From Deltaproteobacteria bacterium (lineage in GTDB: Bacteria; Myxococcota_A; UBA9160; UBA4427): DNA of 64,000 bases. This document shows, piece after piece, positions 38,370 through 48,761 of the stretch. The notes under the pieces are model-generated. The model did no database searches, was not told the DNA's origin, and worked only from the letters and a program-made list of their open reading frames with translations. The DNA lies in assembly GCA_029261855.1 (NCBI GenBank), contig JAJDAN010000021.1, positions 15,212 through 79,211 on the forward strand, in the 5' to 3' direction. The number at the start of each line of letters is the position of its first letter. Position 1 is the first letter of the stretch. The position numbers and the translations under genes are program-made.

Positions 38370-39322
38370 CAGCTACCGGGCGGACCGGTCGAGTAGCTAC
38401 CGGGCGGATGAGGCACCGCGCCGACGCCCTCGCCTTCGACGAGCTGTGCGAGATGTTCGAGGTCGAACGACTCGACACGACAACGGACGTCGAAGTACGC
38501 GACGATCGTCGTCGTATAGAGATAGGCCTGACACAGCGCCTGCACGATTCCCCACACCACGGCGCCCACCACCGGGATCGCGCCGACCATGAACTGCACG
38601 CCGGTGGGCAGGATCAGCAGCAGCATGTAGATCACGAGTCCGAGCCCGATGAAGCGTGTCAGTGCACTGGACACCAGGGTCCAGGTCCGCGCCACGGCCT
38701 CGAAGTAGGAAATGCCCTCGAGCACCACGACCGCGGCCAGCACGCCCGGCACCAGGGTGAGCAGCCCGCCCAGGGCGAACATCGCCGGCACCGCAACCAG
38801 CACCAGCAGGACGACCACCGCCACGCCCACCGCAGACCCCTGGAAGAGGCCACCCAGGGCCACGAACACCAGCGCCACCGCGGCCACTGCCAGGAACATC
38901 GCGACGATGAGGATCAAGCTGAAGATGATATAGGTGAACATCAGCGGGAACATGCGCGCGACACCCCGCTGCAGCGCCCCGGAAACCGACACTTCGGCCC
39001 CGAGATAGATGTCGCTCACCACCGCGGTGATGGCACCGATCACCACCGGCAGCAGCACGAGCATGGCCAGGACCCAGAGTGCGACGCTGACGATGAACAC
39101 GGCGCCGATGTCGGGCAGCTCACCGTTCTGGAGCGCGAAGGGGTCGAGCATCCATCCGAACAGCATGAACACCAGGATCGTCGGCGCCTGACCCAACAGG
39201 CTCAGCACCCCCAGCACGGTGAAGTGGCTCTTGAGCAGCTGGAAACCCACGTCGAGGGTTTCCGCCATGGACAGCGGACCGATCTCGAAGCTGCCCGGGA
39301 CCGGAGTCGTGGCTTCACTCAT
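38369..39322 (-). CDS. Multi-pass membrane protein of the MoxR/DUF58 cluster
   Basis: PLSMAETLDVGFQL...YFDVRCRVESFDL; many TM helices. Confidence 0.75.
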   Translation of the reverse strand: MSEATTPVPGSFEIGPLSMAETLDVGFQLLKSHFTVLGVLSLLGQAPTILVFMLFGWMLDPFALQNGELPDIGAVFIVSVALWVLAMLVLLPVVIGAITAVVSDIYLGAEVSVSGALQRGVARMFPLMFTYIIFSLILIVAMFLAVAAVALVFVALGGLFQGSAVGVAVVVLLVLVAVPAMFALGGLLTLVPGVLAAVVVLEGISYFEAVARTWTLVSSALTRFIGLGLVIYMLLLILPTGVQFMVGAIPVVGAVVWGIVQALCQAYLYTTTIVAYFDVRCRVESFDLEHLAQLVEGEGVGAVPHPPGSYSTGPPGS

Positions 39323-39361
39323 GACGTCCCCCCTCGCCTGTCGGCGCCCTGCGTCTGGTGT

Positions 39362-40675
39362 CTACCGGATCTCGATCGTTGCAAGCACGGCCTCGAACCA
39401 CGGACGCCAGTCCTTCTCGAGCGCCGCCGGACACGATGCCAGAATCACCATCACACGCCCGTCTCCGAGCGCGACGACGAAGAAGTCGAGCGCAATCTCG
39501 CCCGTCGCGTCTTCGACCGCCACCTCGACACCGGGTCGGCCGGCGACGACGACAGGGGCACTGTACCGCCTCCAGGTTCCATCGAAGAGCCCCGGACCGA
39601 AGCGCTCGAGAAAGGACTCCACCGTCGGATAGGGCCAGATGAAGATTTCGAGGGACACGTCGTGGTCCCAGATGGGGCCGTCGGCCGTGAACAGACCATG
39701 GCGGTGAGGGGCGCGCACCCAGCCTGCGGGCGCGCGCAGCTCGAAGCCCAGCCGCGCGTCGACGTGAGGCGCGAGCGCCAGCCGGGGCCCCCCAGATGGG
39801 GGTTCGGATGCGCGCTTCGGAGTGGGACCGTCGGGGGGCACGTGACCGAAGTGCGCGCCGTTCGGCAAGCGGTACAAGGAGACGAACGAGTTGAGGTCGG
39901 CATCGGACAGGCCTTCGGCGGCGACCCGCTCGCCGAGCACGCGATACATCAAGTCCGTCGGCAGGGGACTGTGGCCGCGCATGCCCAGGGCGTGGCCGAT
40001 CTCGTGAAGGGCCACCGCCTCGATCTGGGATTCCGTGAGCAGTCCGTACTCGTCGGCTGCGAAAACGACGACCTCGGGAATCTCGAAGCGGACATCCATT
40101 CGCTCGGATTCCGGGTCCCAGCCCTGGGGCCGGCAGGCGCGCCCGACGGCAGCGGTCACGCCCAGGACCCGCAGCTGCGGCTCGGGGGATGGAGCCCGTT
40201 CGGGGAGCAGACGCAGGCGCAGCAGCGCTTCCTCTCGGGTGTCGACGAGTCGAAACGACACGAGCCCCTCGAGTGCCTCCTCCCAGGTCGCGAGCGCACG
40301 GCGCATCGCGGCGGTCAGGAGTTCGGGCGCGACAGGAGCGAATTCATTCTGAAGGGCCTCGGGGATCGCCGGCTCCTCGACGAAGACCGGTATCGGCATG
40401 CTTTCTTCGGGCCAGCGACAGAAGAGCAGCAGGTCCCCGCTGGCCGCGTCACTGGGCTTCCGATGCACCATGAACGGCAGGTAGTTCGGCTCGAGCACGT
40501 CGGGCCAGGCCGCGCGAAACGCCATGTAGTCACGGCGATCCGGCTGGTAGTCGGCCGTCGAGGTGGCCGAATCCGAAGTCGCAAGCGGTGACGCCCCGCC
40601 GCACGCCCATCCTCCCGCCGTCGCGACCGCGAGGGCCACGAGCGCCATTCGCAAGGCGCCGGCGGGAAGGCTCAA
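39362..40675 (-). CDS. Matrixin-like (metzincin) zinc metalloprotease, probable lipoprotein
   Basis: VALHEIGHALGMRGHS followed by the Met-turn DLMY; signal peptide with Cys. Confidence 0.85.
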   Translation of the reverse strand: MSLPAGALRMALVALAVATAGGWACGGASPLATSDSATSTADYQPDRRDYMAFRAAWPDVLEPNYLPFMVHRKPSDAASGDLLLFCRWPEESMPIPVFVEEPAIPEALQNEFAPVAPELLTAAMRRALATWEEALEGLVSFRLVDTREEALLRLRLLPERAPSPEPQLRVLGVTAAVGRACRPQGWDPESERMDVRFEIPEVVVFAADEYGLLTESQIEAVALHEIGHALGMRGHSPLPTDLMYRVLGERVAAEGLSDADLNSFVSLYRLPNGAHFGHVPPDGPTPKRASEPPSGGPRLALAPHVDARLGFELRAPAGWVRAPHRHGLFTADGPIWDHDVSLEIFIWPYPTVESFLERFGPGLFDGTWRRYSAPVVVAGRPGVEVAVEDATGEIALDFFVVALGDGRVMVILASCPAALEKDWRPWFEAVLATIEIR

Positions 40676-41220
40676 CGTCGCTGCACGCCTCCGCGTTCGC
40701 GCATTGCCCGGCGAGCGGTCTCGTCGTCTTCACGCTTCCGGAGCGCGGCGCGTTTGTCGTAGGTGTGCTTGCCGCGCGCGAGCGCGAGCTCGAGCTTGGC
40801 GCGACCGTTCTTGAAGTAGATGGAGAGTGGAACCAGCGTGTTGCCGCGCTCTGCCACCCGCCCCACCAGCTTGGCGATCTCGCCGCGATGCAGGAGCAGC
40901 TTGCGCTCGCGTGTCGGGTCGCTCGGGTTGCCGCGTGACGCGGGCTCATAGGGCGAGATGTGCAGCTGCTGGACGTACGCTTCGCCGGCACGGATCAGCG
41001 CGAACGACTCACGCAGGTTCGCGCGTCCCTCACGCAGGGCCTTCACCTCGGGACCGAACAGCGAGATCCCCGCCTCGAAGGTCTCGAGAATCTCGTAGTC
41101 GTAGCGAGCGCGACGGTTGGTCGCGACGGGCTTGTCCCCCGTCGACTTCCCGCTCTTGGCCTTTCCAGGCGCTTTCTTGGCGGCCTTTCCAGCCGCCTGC
41201 TTCGCGGGTTTCGCCGGCAC
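40672..41220 (-). CDS. smpB: SsrA-binding protein SmpB
   Basis: VATNRRARYDYEILETFEAGISLFGPEVKALREG, RERKLLLHRGEI, LARGKHTYDKR. Confidence 0.97.
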   Translation of the reverse strand: MPAKPAKQAAGKAAKKAPGKAKSGKSTGDKPVATNRRARYDYEILETFEAGISLFGPEVKALREGRANLRESFALIRAGEAYVQQLHISPYEPASRGNPSDPTRERKLLLHRGEIAKLVGRVAERGNTLVPLSIYFKNGRAKLELALARGKHTYDKRAALRKREDDETARRAMRERGGVQRR

Positions 41221-41312
41221 GGCACCACACCCCCTTCCAGATGGGGGATCCTAGCTCTCCTCCATGCCCAGGCGCCCGGCTACCCGCGAGGCCACTGCGA
41301 GTCAGTTGCGGG

Positions 41313-41663
41313 TCAGTCGCGAATGTTGTTCTGCTCGTCGACGAAGACCCGCTTCGCGTCCCACGCCTTCGCCTCGGCGTCGTCGACCTGCACGAAGCTC
41401 GCAATGATGACCTTGTCGCCCGGCTTCATCAGGTGGGCGGCGGCACCGTTGATGCAGATGTCGCCGGACCCGCGTTCGCCTTCGATCGCGTAGGTGCTGA
41501 GGCGGGAGCCGTTCGTGCAGTCCCAGATGTCGACCCGTTCGTAGGGCAGCAGATCGGCCGCCTCGAGCAGATCGAGATCGATGGTCACGCTTCCCTCGTA
41601 CTCGATGTTGGCCTCGGTGACGGTCGCTCGGTGGATCTTGGACTTGAGCATGGTTCGGATCAT
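41313..41663 (-). CDS. panD: Aspartate 1-decarboxylase
   Basis: [44 protein letters not shown]. Confidence 0.97.
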   Translation of the reverse strand: MIRTMLKSKIHRATVTEANIEYEGSVTIDLDLLEAADLLPYERVDIWDCTNGSRLSTYAIEGERGSGDICINGAAAHLMKPGDKVIIASFVQVDDAEAKAWDAKRVFVDEQNNIRD

Positions 41664-42577
41664 TGGGAGTCTCCAGAAGGGTGGTGCTCTGTCGCCCGTG
41701 AGCGATCGAAAGAGAGCAGGCGATTGTCGATGAGTCGGACATCGGCGCCTTCGCCGGACGGATCGGGGGTGAAGTTCACGGCCAGGGCCAGCAAGGTCGC
41801 TGCCGCCAGCGTCTCGGGGGCTGTCTCGAGGGAATCGGGATCTCGCAACTCGATGTAGTCGACGCGCGCCTGGGGGGCGGACTCGATGTGCGTGCGCGCC
41901 AGGGCCAGCAGCGCCCCGCTGTCGCGCTCACCGGACGCAGCGGCTGCCTCGACGGCGTCGAGGGCCTGCACCAGCGCCACGGCCTGGCGCCTCGCTTCCG
42001 GCCCGAGCCGGACATTGCGAGAAGAAAGCGCCACTCCGTCGGGCTCTCGCACGATCGCGCCGCCGACGATCTCGACGTCGAAGCCCATGTCCCGGGTCAT
42101 CTGCCGGATCACGGCCAGCTGCTGGAAGTCTTTCTGGCCGAACACCGCAACGTGGGGCTTGGCGGCCAGGAAGAGCTTCGCGACGACCGTCGTGACGCCG
42201 CGGAAGTGTCCGGGACGCGACGCACCGCAGAGCGGCAGGGTCAGCGTCTCGACGTCGACCCAGGTCTGCGCGTCTTGCGGATACACGTCGTCCACGCCGG
42301 GTGCGTAGACGATGTCGACGCCGGCTTGCCGACAGGCATCGAGATCGCGTTCCAGCTCGCGCGGGTAGCCCTCGAAGTCGTTGGCCTCGTTGAACTGCGT
42401 CGGATTGACGAAGATCGAGACCCACACCTGGTCGGCGCGTTTGCGACCGGCATCCACCAGCGACAGATGCCCGGCGTGGAGCGCGCCCATGGTAGGCACC
42501 AGCGCGATGCGCTGACCCCGGGCGCGCTCCTCGTCCGAGAGGCGCTGCAGCTCCAACCGCGATTCGACGACCTTCAT
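41660..42577 (-). CDS. panC: Pantoate--beta-alanine ligase
   Basis: [51 protein letters not shown]. Confidence 0.97.
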   Translation of the reverse strand: MKVVESRLELQRLSDEERARGQRIALVPTMGALHAGHLSLVDAGRKRADQVWVSIFVNPTQFNEANDFEGYPRELERDLDACRQAGVDIVYAPGVDDVYPQDAQTWVDVETLTLPLCGASRPGHFRGVTTVVAKLFLAAKPHVAVFGQKDFQQLAVIRQMTRDMGFDVEIVGGAIVREPDGVALSSRNVRLGPEARRQAVALVQALDAVEAAAASGERDSGALLALARTHIESAPQARVDYIELRDPDSLETAPETLAAATLLALAVNFTPDPSGEGADVRLIDNRLLSFDRSRATEHHPSGDSQ

Positions 42578-42599
42578 GGGAATGGGGGCCAGATCGCGG

Positions 42600-43430
42600 T
42601 TAAGAGTAGCTGTGCTCTTCGTCGGGGAACTTGCCGTTCTGCACTTCCTCGGCGAAAGCACGCGCCGCCTGGGAAGCCACGGCCCCGAGATTCGCGAACT
42701 GCTTCACGAAGCTCGGCGTCCAGTCGTTCAGCCCCAGCAGGTCGTGCATCACGAGCACCTGGCCGTCGCAATCCGCGCCGGCGCCGATCCCGATCGTCGG
42801 GATGTCGAGCCGCAGCGTGATCTCGCTGGCGAGCGAGGCCGGAACGCCTTCGAGCACGCAAGCGAACGCGCCGGCTTCCTGCACTGCCAGCGCGTCGTCG
42901 ACGATCCGCGCCGCGCCCTTCTCGCCTCTTCCCTGGACCCGGAATCCGCCCATCCGATTGACGGCCTGGGGGGTCAGGCCGACGTGGCCCATGACCGGGA
43001 TCTCCGCAGCGACGATCCGCTCGATGGCCGGCCCCGTGTGGAGGCCGCCCTCGAGCTTCACCGCCTGGGCGCCGCCCTCCTTGACCAGCCGGATCGCACT
43101 GCGCACGGCGTCCTCGGGGCTGACCTGGTAGCTGCCGAAGGGCATGTCGCCCACCAGCATCGCCCGGGACAATCCGCGGGCCACCAGGCGCGTGTGGTAG
43201 ATCATCTCGTCCAGGGTCACGGGCAGGGTCGTGTCGGCCCCCTGCACCACGTTCCCCAGCGAGTCACCGACCAGGATCAGGTCGATGCCGGCGTTCTCGA
43301 AGATGCGCGCGAAGGTGAAGTCGTAGGCGGTGAGCATGGTGATGCGCTCGCCGCGCTTCTTGCGTCCGGCCAGGGACCGGACGGTGACGCGATGTTCCCG
43401 ACCTGCACTTGCAGTGGTGACGGTGGACAT
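42600..43430 (-). CDS. panB: 3-methyl-2-oxobutanoate hydroxymethyltransferase
   Basis: [50 protein letters not shown]. Confidence 0.97.
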   Translation of the reverse strand: MSTVTTASAGREHRVTVRSLAGRKKRGERITMLTAYDFTFARIFENAGIDLILVGDSLGNVVQGADTTLPVTLDEMIYHTRLVARGLSRAMLVGDMPFGSYQVSPEDAVRSAIRLVKEGGAQAVKLEGGLHTGPAIERIVAAEIPVMGHVGLTPQAVNRMGGFRVQGRGEKGAARIVDDALAVQEAGAFACVLEGVPASLASEITLRLDIPTIGIGAGADCDGQVLVMHDLLGLNDWTPSFVKQFANLGAVASQAARAFAEEVQNGKFPDEEHSYS

Positions 43431-43477
43431 TCCGGGACTCCTTTCCCCGGTCCAACCGTTGCTCCGCCGTCAGAGCC

Positions 43478-43519
43478 AAGAACAAAGAAGCGCCTTCCGG
43501 GAGGTTCACCCGGAGGCGC
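43478..43519 (-). terminator. Intrinsic terminator/attenuator in the panB leader
   Basis: GCGCCTCCGGG...CCCGGAAGGCGC hairpin followed by TTCTTTGTTCTT, about 50 nt before the panB ATG. Confidence 0.7.
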
Positions 43520-43563
43520 AAAAAGGGCAGCGGGCCATTGAAGCTTCGGCGCCAACCTTCTTG

Positions 43564-43610
43564 TCACCCCCGTCTCGGTCTCTTGCGAGATCCGAGCGAA
43601 TACCGGGTGA
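43564..43610 (-). ncRNA. pan RNA motif (cis-regulatory stem-loop)
   Basis: TCACCC...CGCTCGGATCTCGCAAGAGACCGAGACG...GGGTGA bulged hairpin resembling the pan motif as recalled, upstream of panBCD. Confidence 0.75.
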
Positions 43611-43715
43611 GTTGGAAAGGAGTCGACTCTGCTCTTCGTCTGCCGGGGCGGCTAGACCCGGTCGAGGTTGTTGCCCGATAGAGTTCGCACTGTGCGAGAC
43701 CCCTCGGACGGCGGG

Positions 43716-43745
43716 AATGTACCTCCCGCCCTGAAGCCAGGTCAA
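43716..43745 (-). promoter_or_regulatory. Sigma70-type promoter for the pan leader
   Basis: TTGACC-N18-TACATT. Confidence 0.55.
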
Positions 43746-43795
43746 CAAAGACCTGCGATTTTCGATCCCGCGGGGGGCCGGCCTCCGATCGGCGG

Positions 43796-44068
43796 TCAGC
43801 CTTCGAGCAGCTCCCGCAGGGCCGGTGGCAAGTGCCGGTCCTCCAGGAAATCGGCAGCGTGTTCGCGCAGGGCGTCCGCCAGGACCCGCAGCTGGATGGC
43901 AACCGGATCGATGCTCGAGAGCATCACGAAGACCCTGCCCTTGAGCTTGACGACGCCGCTTCCGGGTTGGGGCAGTCCCGCATCCAGCGCGTTGCCGACG
44001 GGGCGAACCTCGAGGCCGGCGTCCCGGGCGACGTCCAGCATGGCCGCGAGGATCTGCGAGGGCTCCAC
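43796..44068 (-). CDS. Small hypothetical protein
   Basis: GLEVR...GSGVVKLKGRVFVML...LEDRHLPPALRELLE; directly downstream of rsmA. Confidence 0.65.
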   Translation of the reverse strand: MEPSQILAAMLDVARDAGLEVRPVGNALDAGLPQPGSGVVKLKGRVFVMLSSIDPVAIQLRVLADALREHAADFLEDRHLPPALRELLEG

Positions 44069-44078
44069 GAACGAAGGC

Positions 44079-44942
44079 TTAGGGCGCGGCCAGGGCCCGC
44101 GCCAGGGCCAGCAGCTTCTCGGGCGGTTGGGTTTCCGCGCGCGCGCCGGGATCGATCCCCGCCGCGGCGAGGGCACCCAGCAGCGCCTCCCGGTCGGCCG
44201 CCCACGCGTGGCCGGCCCCGCGCAGACCGTTCAGGATGGTCTTGCGGCGCTGGTTGAAGACCGACCGGACCACCTGCTCGACGTGGAGCAGCTCGTCGTC
44301 GCGCACGCTGGCCTTCGCCCGGGGCCAGATGCGAACGAAGCTCGACCCCACCTTCGGCGACGGAAAGAAGCTTCCGGGCTTGAGATCGAGCTGCTTCGCC
44401 ACGTCGGTGCACAGCGCATGCAGAACCGTCAACGAGCCGTAGTCCTTCGTCCGGGGAACCGCCACGAGCCGATCCGCCATCTCCCGCTGCAGCATCACCG
44501 ACCAGTCCGCGAGCCCGTGCCGAAGATCGATCAGCTTGCGCAACAGCGGGCTGGCGACGGAATACGGCAGGTTCGCGACGACGCGAACCTCGCCCTCCCC
44601 CGGTGTCAGTCCCTCCCCGGCGGCAATCTCGGCGAGATCCACCTCCAGCGCGTCGGCGTGGATCAGCGTGACGTTGTCGGGCAGCAGCGCCTCGGACCGC
44701 AGCACGTCGACCAGTCCCGAGTCGATCTCGATCGTCGTGACCTGCCGCGCGCGCGCCGCGAGCGCCCGGGTCAGTACGCCGAGGCCGGTCCCGACTTCGA
44801 TGACCCGATCGCCAGGCCGAACCCCCGCGAGCTGGGCGAGGCGGTCCGCCATGGCGTCTTCGATCAGGAAGTTCTGACCGCGATCGCGCTGCAGGCGCAG
44901 GCCGTGCTGCGAGAGGGTGTCGCGGATGAACTGGAGACCCAC
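44079..44942 (-). CDS. rsmA: 16S rRNA adenine dimethyltransferase
   Basis: GQNFL, VIEVGTGLGVLT, VVANLPYSV, MLQREMADRL, FNQRRKTILNGL. Confidence 0.95.
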   Translation of the reverse strand: MGLQFIRDTLSQHGLRLQRDRGQNFLIEDAMADRLAQLAGVRPGDRVIEVGTGLGVLTRALAARARQVTTIEIDSGLVDVLRSEALLPDNVTLIHADALEVDLAEIAAGEGLTPGEGEVRVVANLPYSVASPLLRKLIDLRHGLADWSVMLQREMADRLVAVPRTKDYGSLTVLHALCTDVAKQLDLKPGSFFPSPKVGSSFVRIWPRAKASVRDDELLHVEQVVRSVFNQRRKTILNGLRGAGHAWAADREALLGALAAAGIDPGARAETQPPEKLLALARALAAP

Positions 44943-44958
44943 GAACGGCGGGCCGGGC

Positions 44959-46008
44959 TCAGCCCGCGCCCGACGCGACCGACGAAATCGGAGCGCGCGA
45001 GAAGGCGTTGAGATCGAGGCCGTCGCGCTGTCCGCGTTCCAGCAGTCGCGCGCCCGCGGCGGCGATCATGGCCGCATTGTCGGTGCACAGATCGAGGGGT
45101 GGGAACACGACCTCGAAGCCGTCGCGCTGACCGACCCGGGCCATCTCCTCGCGCAGCCGTCGGTTCGCCGCAACGCCGCCGACCACCGCCACCGCTGCCA
45201 GCTTTTCCTGGCGCAGGGCCTTGCGGGCACGCAACACGAGCACGTCGGTCGCGGCTGCCTCGAAGGATGCGGCCACGTCCGCCACCTGCGAACCCGACAG
45301 GGCCGCCAGCCCGCCGCGTCGCTCGACCTCGATCGCCACCGCCGTCTTGAGGCCGCTGTACGAGAAGTCGAGCCCGGGTCGCTTGAGCATGGGTCGCGGG
45401 AAGTCGACGGCCGTGGCGTCGCCGCTTTCGGCGGCGCGCGAAACCGCGGGACCACCCGGGAAGCCGAGCCCCAACAGCACCGCGACCTTGTCGAAGGCTT
45501 CGCCGACGGCGTCGTCTCGCGTCTCTCCCAACACGTCGGTGCTGCCATCGCGCCCGATGCGGTACAGGGCCGTATGCCCACCCGAAACCACCAGCCCGAC
45601 GTAGGGCGGCGCCAGATCCGGGCGCGAGAGCTCGGCAGACATGAGGTGCCCCACGAGATGGTGGACGCCGACGACGGGGATCCCCAGCTGGAAGGCCACG
45701 GCCTTGCCGAAGGAAAGGCCCACCAGCAGCGATCCCACGAGGCCCGGGCCAGCCGTCACGGCGATGCCGTCCAGCTGCGACGCCTCGAGGCCCGAATCCG
45801 CCAGCGCCTGCTCGGAGACCCGCGCCACCGCCCGCACGTGGTCGCGCGACGCCAGCTCTGGCACCACGCCACCGTAGGGACGGTGCACCTCGACCTGGCT
45901 GTGGACCACGGACGCGACGATCTCCCGGCCGTCGCGGATGACCGCGGCAGCCATTTCGTCGCAAGAACTCTCGATCCCGAGCACGTAGTGGAAGCGGGGA
46001 TCGTCCAT
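44959..46008 (-). CDS. tsaD: t6A tRNA threonylcarbamoyltransferase
   Basis: LGIESSCDE, YGGVVPELASRDH, GPGLVGSL, VSGGHT, DDAVGEAFDK, CTDNAAMIA. Confidence 0.96.
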   Translation of the reverse strand: MDDPRFHYVLGIESSCDEMAAAVIRDGREIVASVVHSQVEVHRPYGGVVPELASRDHVRAVARVSEQALADSGLEASQLDGIAVTAGPGLVGSLLVGLSFGKAVAFQLGIPVVGVHHLVGHLMSAELSRPDLAPPYVGLVVSGGHTALYRIGRDGSTDVLGETRDDAVGEAFDKVAVLLGLGFPGGPAVSRAAESGDATAVDFPRPMLKRPGLDFSYSGLKTAVAIEVERRGGLAALSGSQVADVAASFEAAATDVLVLRARKALRQEKLAAVAVVGGVAANRRLREEMARVGQRDGFEVVFPPLDLCTDNAAMIAAAGARLLERGQRDGLDLNAFSRAPISSVASGAG

Positions 46009-46046
46009 GGCTTGAGGTGTGGCGTGCGACGGGCCGATCGCCCGGG

Positions 46047-46409
46047 CTAGCCCTCGCGACGCTCGAGCTGCTCCTGTTCGGACTTGCAGTCGATGCACAG
46101 CTCGGCGACCGGGCGGGCCTGGATGCGCTTGAGCCCGATGGCTTCTCCGCACGCCTCGCACTCGCCGTAGATGCCGTCCTCGATCTTCTGCAGCGCCCCC
46201 TGGATCTTGGAAAGGAGCCCGCGCTCGCGCTCGCGCAGCCGTCCCTGGAACGCCAGATTCTGCTCCGACGACGCCGTATCGATCTCGTCGGGAAAGTCAT
46301 CGGGGTCGAGGTGGATGTCGCCCGCAAGCGTGCGGCGTGTATTGGCAAGAAGATCGTCCCGCTGCTCCTCGAGCATCTTCTTCATCTTGAGCATGTCGCG
46401 CTTCTTCAA
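46047..46409 (-). CDS. dksA: RNA polymerase-binding protein DksA
   Basis: PDEIDTA (DxxDxA) coiled-coil tip; Zn finger CEAC...CIDC. Confidence 0.9.
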   Translation of the reverse strand: MKKRDMLKMKKMLEEQRDDLLANTRRTLAGDIHLDPDDFPDEIDTASSEQNLAFQGRLRERERGLLSKIQGALQKIEDGIYGECEACGEAIGLKRIQARPVAELCIDCKSEQEQLERREG

Positions 46410-46473
46410 CGCTCTACCTCTCCCTTCGTCCTTGCTCGCTCATTCGCGCTTGTGCGCCGACTTGCCATCCAGT

Positions 46474-47295
46474 TCATCCGGCCGCGTGTGCGTCCAGCTG
46501 CCTTTTCGCTTCTGCCGCCCGGGCCGAGTTCGGATACTCCTTGAGCACCCGTTCGAAGGCCCGCCTCGCGGCCTCGTGGAACCCGGGTCCCAGCTTCAGC
46601 AGTGACTCGCCTTGTCTGTACAGCGCATCCGGCGCTCGATTCCCGGTCGGATAGTTCCGGACCACGTCATCGAAGCGCAGGACTGCGTTCTTGAACTCTC
46701 CCTGCTTGTAGTGACAGTCGGCGATCCAGAATGCTGCATCGTCCGCCCGTGAAGAGGACGCGTAAGTTTGCAAGAAAGCCCGGAAGCGGTCAATGCAAGC
46801 GGCGTAGTCCTTCGAACGCCAGGCGCCGAGCCCTTCCTGGTACGCCTGAAGCTCTTCCGACAGCTCCACGTCCTCCTCGGCGCGCGCGACGACACCACCC
46901 ACCGAGGCCTGCCCGGAGCTGGCACCCGGTGCCTTGGTGCCGGCACCTGGAGCCGTGCCCGTGGCAGCGCCCGCCGCCTCTCGGCGAGCCTTCTTGGCCT
47001 CCTCGAGGCTCTCCCGCGCAAGCTTCTCGGCCTCTTCGAGCTGGCCGCTCATGTCCCGAAGCTGCGCCCGCAGGTCCTCGACCTCGGCCGAGAGGTCCGC
47101 CAGCTGCTGACGAGACCTGGAATCGGAATCGGTTCGCTGGAGGTCCATGACCCGGCGCTCGAGCTTGCGGTGCTCCGCCACAGTCACGCAGCCGGACGAA
47201 ACGGCCACCAGGAGGACCCCGGCGAGGACATAGAACGCCCGCGGGGGGGCGATGGTGCCCCTTCCCGCGGTTTCCCGCGCACGCTGATTGCTCAT
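46474..47295 (-). CDS. cpoB: Tol-Pal system protein YbgF/CpoB
   Basis: Lipobox SSGC, coiled coil, TPRs (FLQTYASSSRADDAAFWIAD, YPTGNRAPDALYR). Confidence 0.85.
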   Translation of the reverse strand: MSNQRARETAGRGTIAPPRAFYVLAGVLLVAVSSGCVTVAEHRKLERRVMDLQRTDSDSRSRQQLADLSAEVEDLRAQLRDMSGQLEEAEKLARESLEEAKKARREAAGAATGTAPGAGTKAPGASSGQASVGGVVARAEEDVELSEELQAYQEGLGAWRSKDYAACIDRFRAFLQTYASSSRADDAAFWIADCHYKQGEFKNAVLRFDDVVRNYPTGNRAPDALYRQGESLLKLGPGFHEAARRAFERVLKEYPNSARAAEAKRQLDAHAAG

Positions 47296-47390
47296 CTTCT
47301 CACCCCCCCTGCCAGTCTACCGGCAGATACCACCATCTCTACTCGCCCGACACCTCGGCGTGAGCGCAGCCTACATCTGCTCATCCCTGC

Positions 47391-48761
47391 CTACTTTTGT
47401 TTGGGGAACGGCCCCCAGGCCGCCGACGTGTTCTCCTTGGCCTTGCTGGTGAGCCGCTGGACCCGCTGGGAATTCACGTCCACCACGTACAGGTCCGGAC
47501 GCCCGCGCCGGTCGGAGCTGAAGACGACCTTGCGTCCGTCCGGTGACCAGCTCGGGTACTCGTCGTTGCGCCGGTGCACCACGAGCGGGACGTTCACCTC
47601 GCCCGCCGGATCGATCAGGTAGAGATCGAACTCGCCCTCGGTGCGCACGCCGTAGGCGATCCAGCGACCGTCGGGAGACCACGCGGGCGTCGCGCTGTAG
47701 TTGGTCTGGTAGGTGATGCGGCGCGCGTTCCCACCGTCGCGGTCCATGATGTAGATCTGGGGCGCGCCGGTTCGATCCGAGACGAACGCGATCTGCTGGC
47801 CGTCGGGCGACCAGCTCGGCGCGACATCGATGACGCTGCCGTTGTTCGTCAGGCGCAGCACCTTCTTGCCGTTCCGGCTGACCCGGAAGATGTCCGACGC
47901 CTCGCCGATGGTGGCGACGAGCGCCAGCTCTTCGCCGTCGGGCGAGAAGACGCCACGATACTTCGGCCACTGGGGCAACACGTCGCGCAGGATGCGCCCC
48001 GCCCGTGCGCCACCGCGCGACGTGACGAACAGGTCGGGCATGCCGCTCTTCAGATAGGTCGTGTAGAGGATGCCACCGCCGTCGGGCAGCCAGTCGGGAA
48101 AGGCCTTGATGGATCGGCTCTTGGTTGCGGCGCGCGCGTTGCGGCCGTCCGCGTCGATCACGAACACCTCGCGATATCCGAGGCGGGTCGAGATGAACGC
48201 GATCTCCGTGTCTGCTGAGCCGCGCGTCCCCGTGAAGGCCTTCACGATGTCGTCGGCTACCGCGGCGCCCAGGCGATGAAGTTCGTTGGCGGGGCGCACC
48301 TTGCGCTCGCGCGCGAGCTGCGTGCAGCGCGCCGTATCCCACACGCGATAAGTGACCTCGATCTCCCCTCCACCGCCGTTGATCACCCCTTCGACGAGTG
48401 CATCGGCACCGCTCTGGGTCCAGTCGGCGCAGTCGTAGCGGCGCCCTCCGCTCATCTCCGTCGTCACCTGGGGACCGAGGAAGGCCTCTCGAGCCAGCGG
48501 CATCAACACACCGTTGAAGTCGAGCCCCTGCTCGATCGCCTCGAGCAGCCGGGCGGAACGCTTCGGGTTCTCCGGCAGGAGGTCGTCGCGGAAGACCTGC
48601 ACTGCCACGCGAAAGGCCTGCTCCTTGCCGGGATGGATCTCGATGATCGGGCGCTCTTCCGCCCGGACTCCCGCGGCCGGGGCGAGACAGAACAAGGCCG
48701 CGCAGACGACGCACCACGCCGTCCTCGACCCTGAGAAACCGAGAGCTCGAAACCGCATCAT
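47391..48761 (-). CDS. tolB: Tol-Pal beta-propeller protein TolB
   Basis: PD40 repeats (PSWSPDGQQIAFVSDRTGAPQIY, PAWSPDG, PSWSPDG). Confidence 0.92.
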   Translation of the reverse strand: MMRFRALGFSGSRTAWCVVCAALFCLAPAAGVRAEERPIIEIHPGKEQAFRVAVQVFRDDLLPENPKRSARLLEAIEQGLDFNGVLMPLAREAFLGPQVTTEMSGGRRYDCADWTQSGADALVEGVINGGGGEIEVTYRVWDTARCTQLARERKVRPANELHRLGAAVADDIVKAFTGTRGSADTEIAFISTRLGYREVFVIDADGRNARAATKSRSIKAFPDWLPDGGGILYTTYLKSGMPDLFVTSRGGARAGRILRDVLPQWPKYRGVFSPDGEELALVATIGEASDIFRVSRNGKKVLRLTNNGSVIDVAPSWSPDGQQIAFVSDRTGAPQIYIMDRDGGNARRITYQTNYSATPAWSPDGRWIAYGVRTEGEFDLYLIDPAGEVNVPLVVHRRNDEYPSWSPDGRKVVFSSDRRGRPDLYVVDVNSQRVQRLTSKAKENTSAAWGPFPKQK

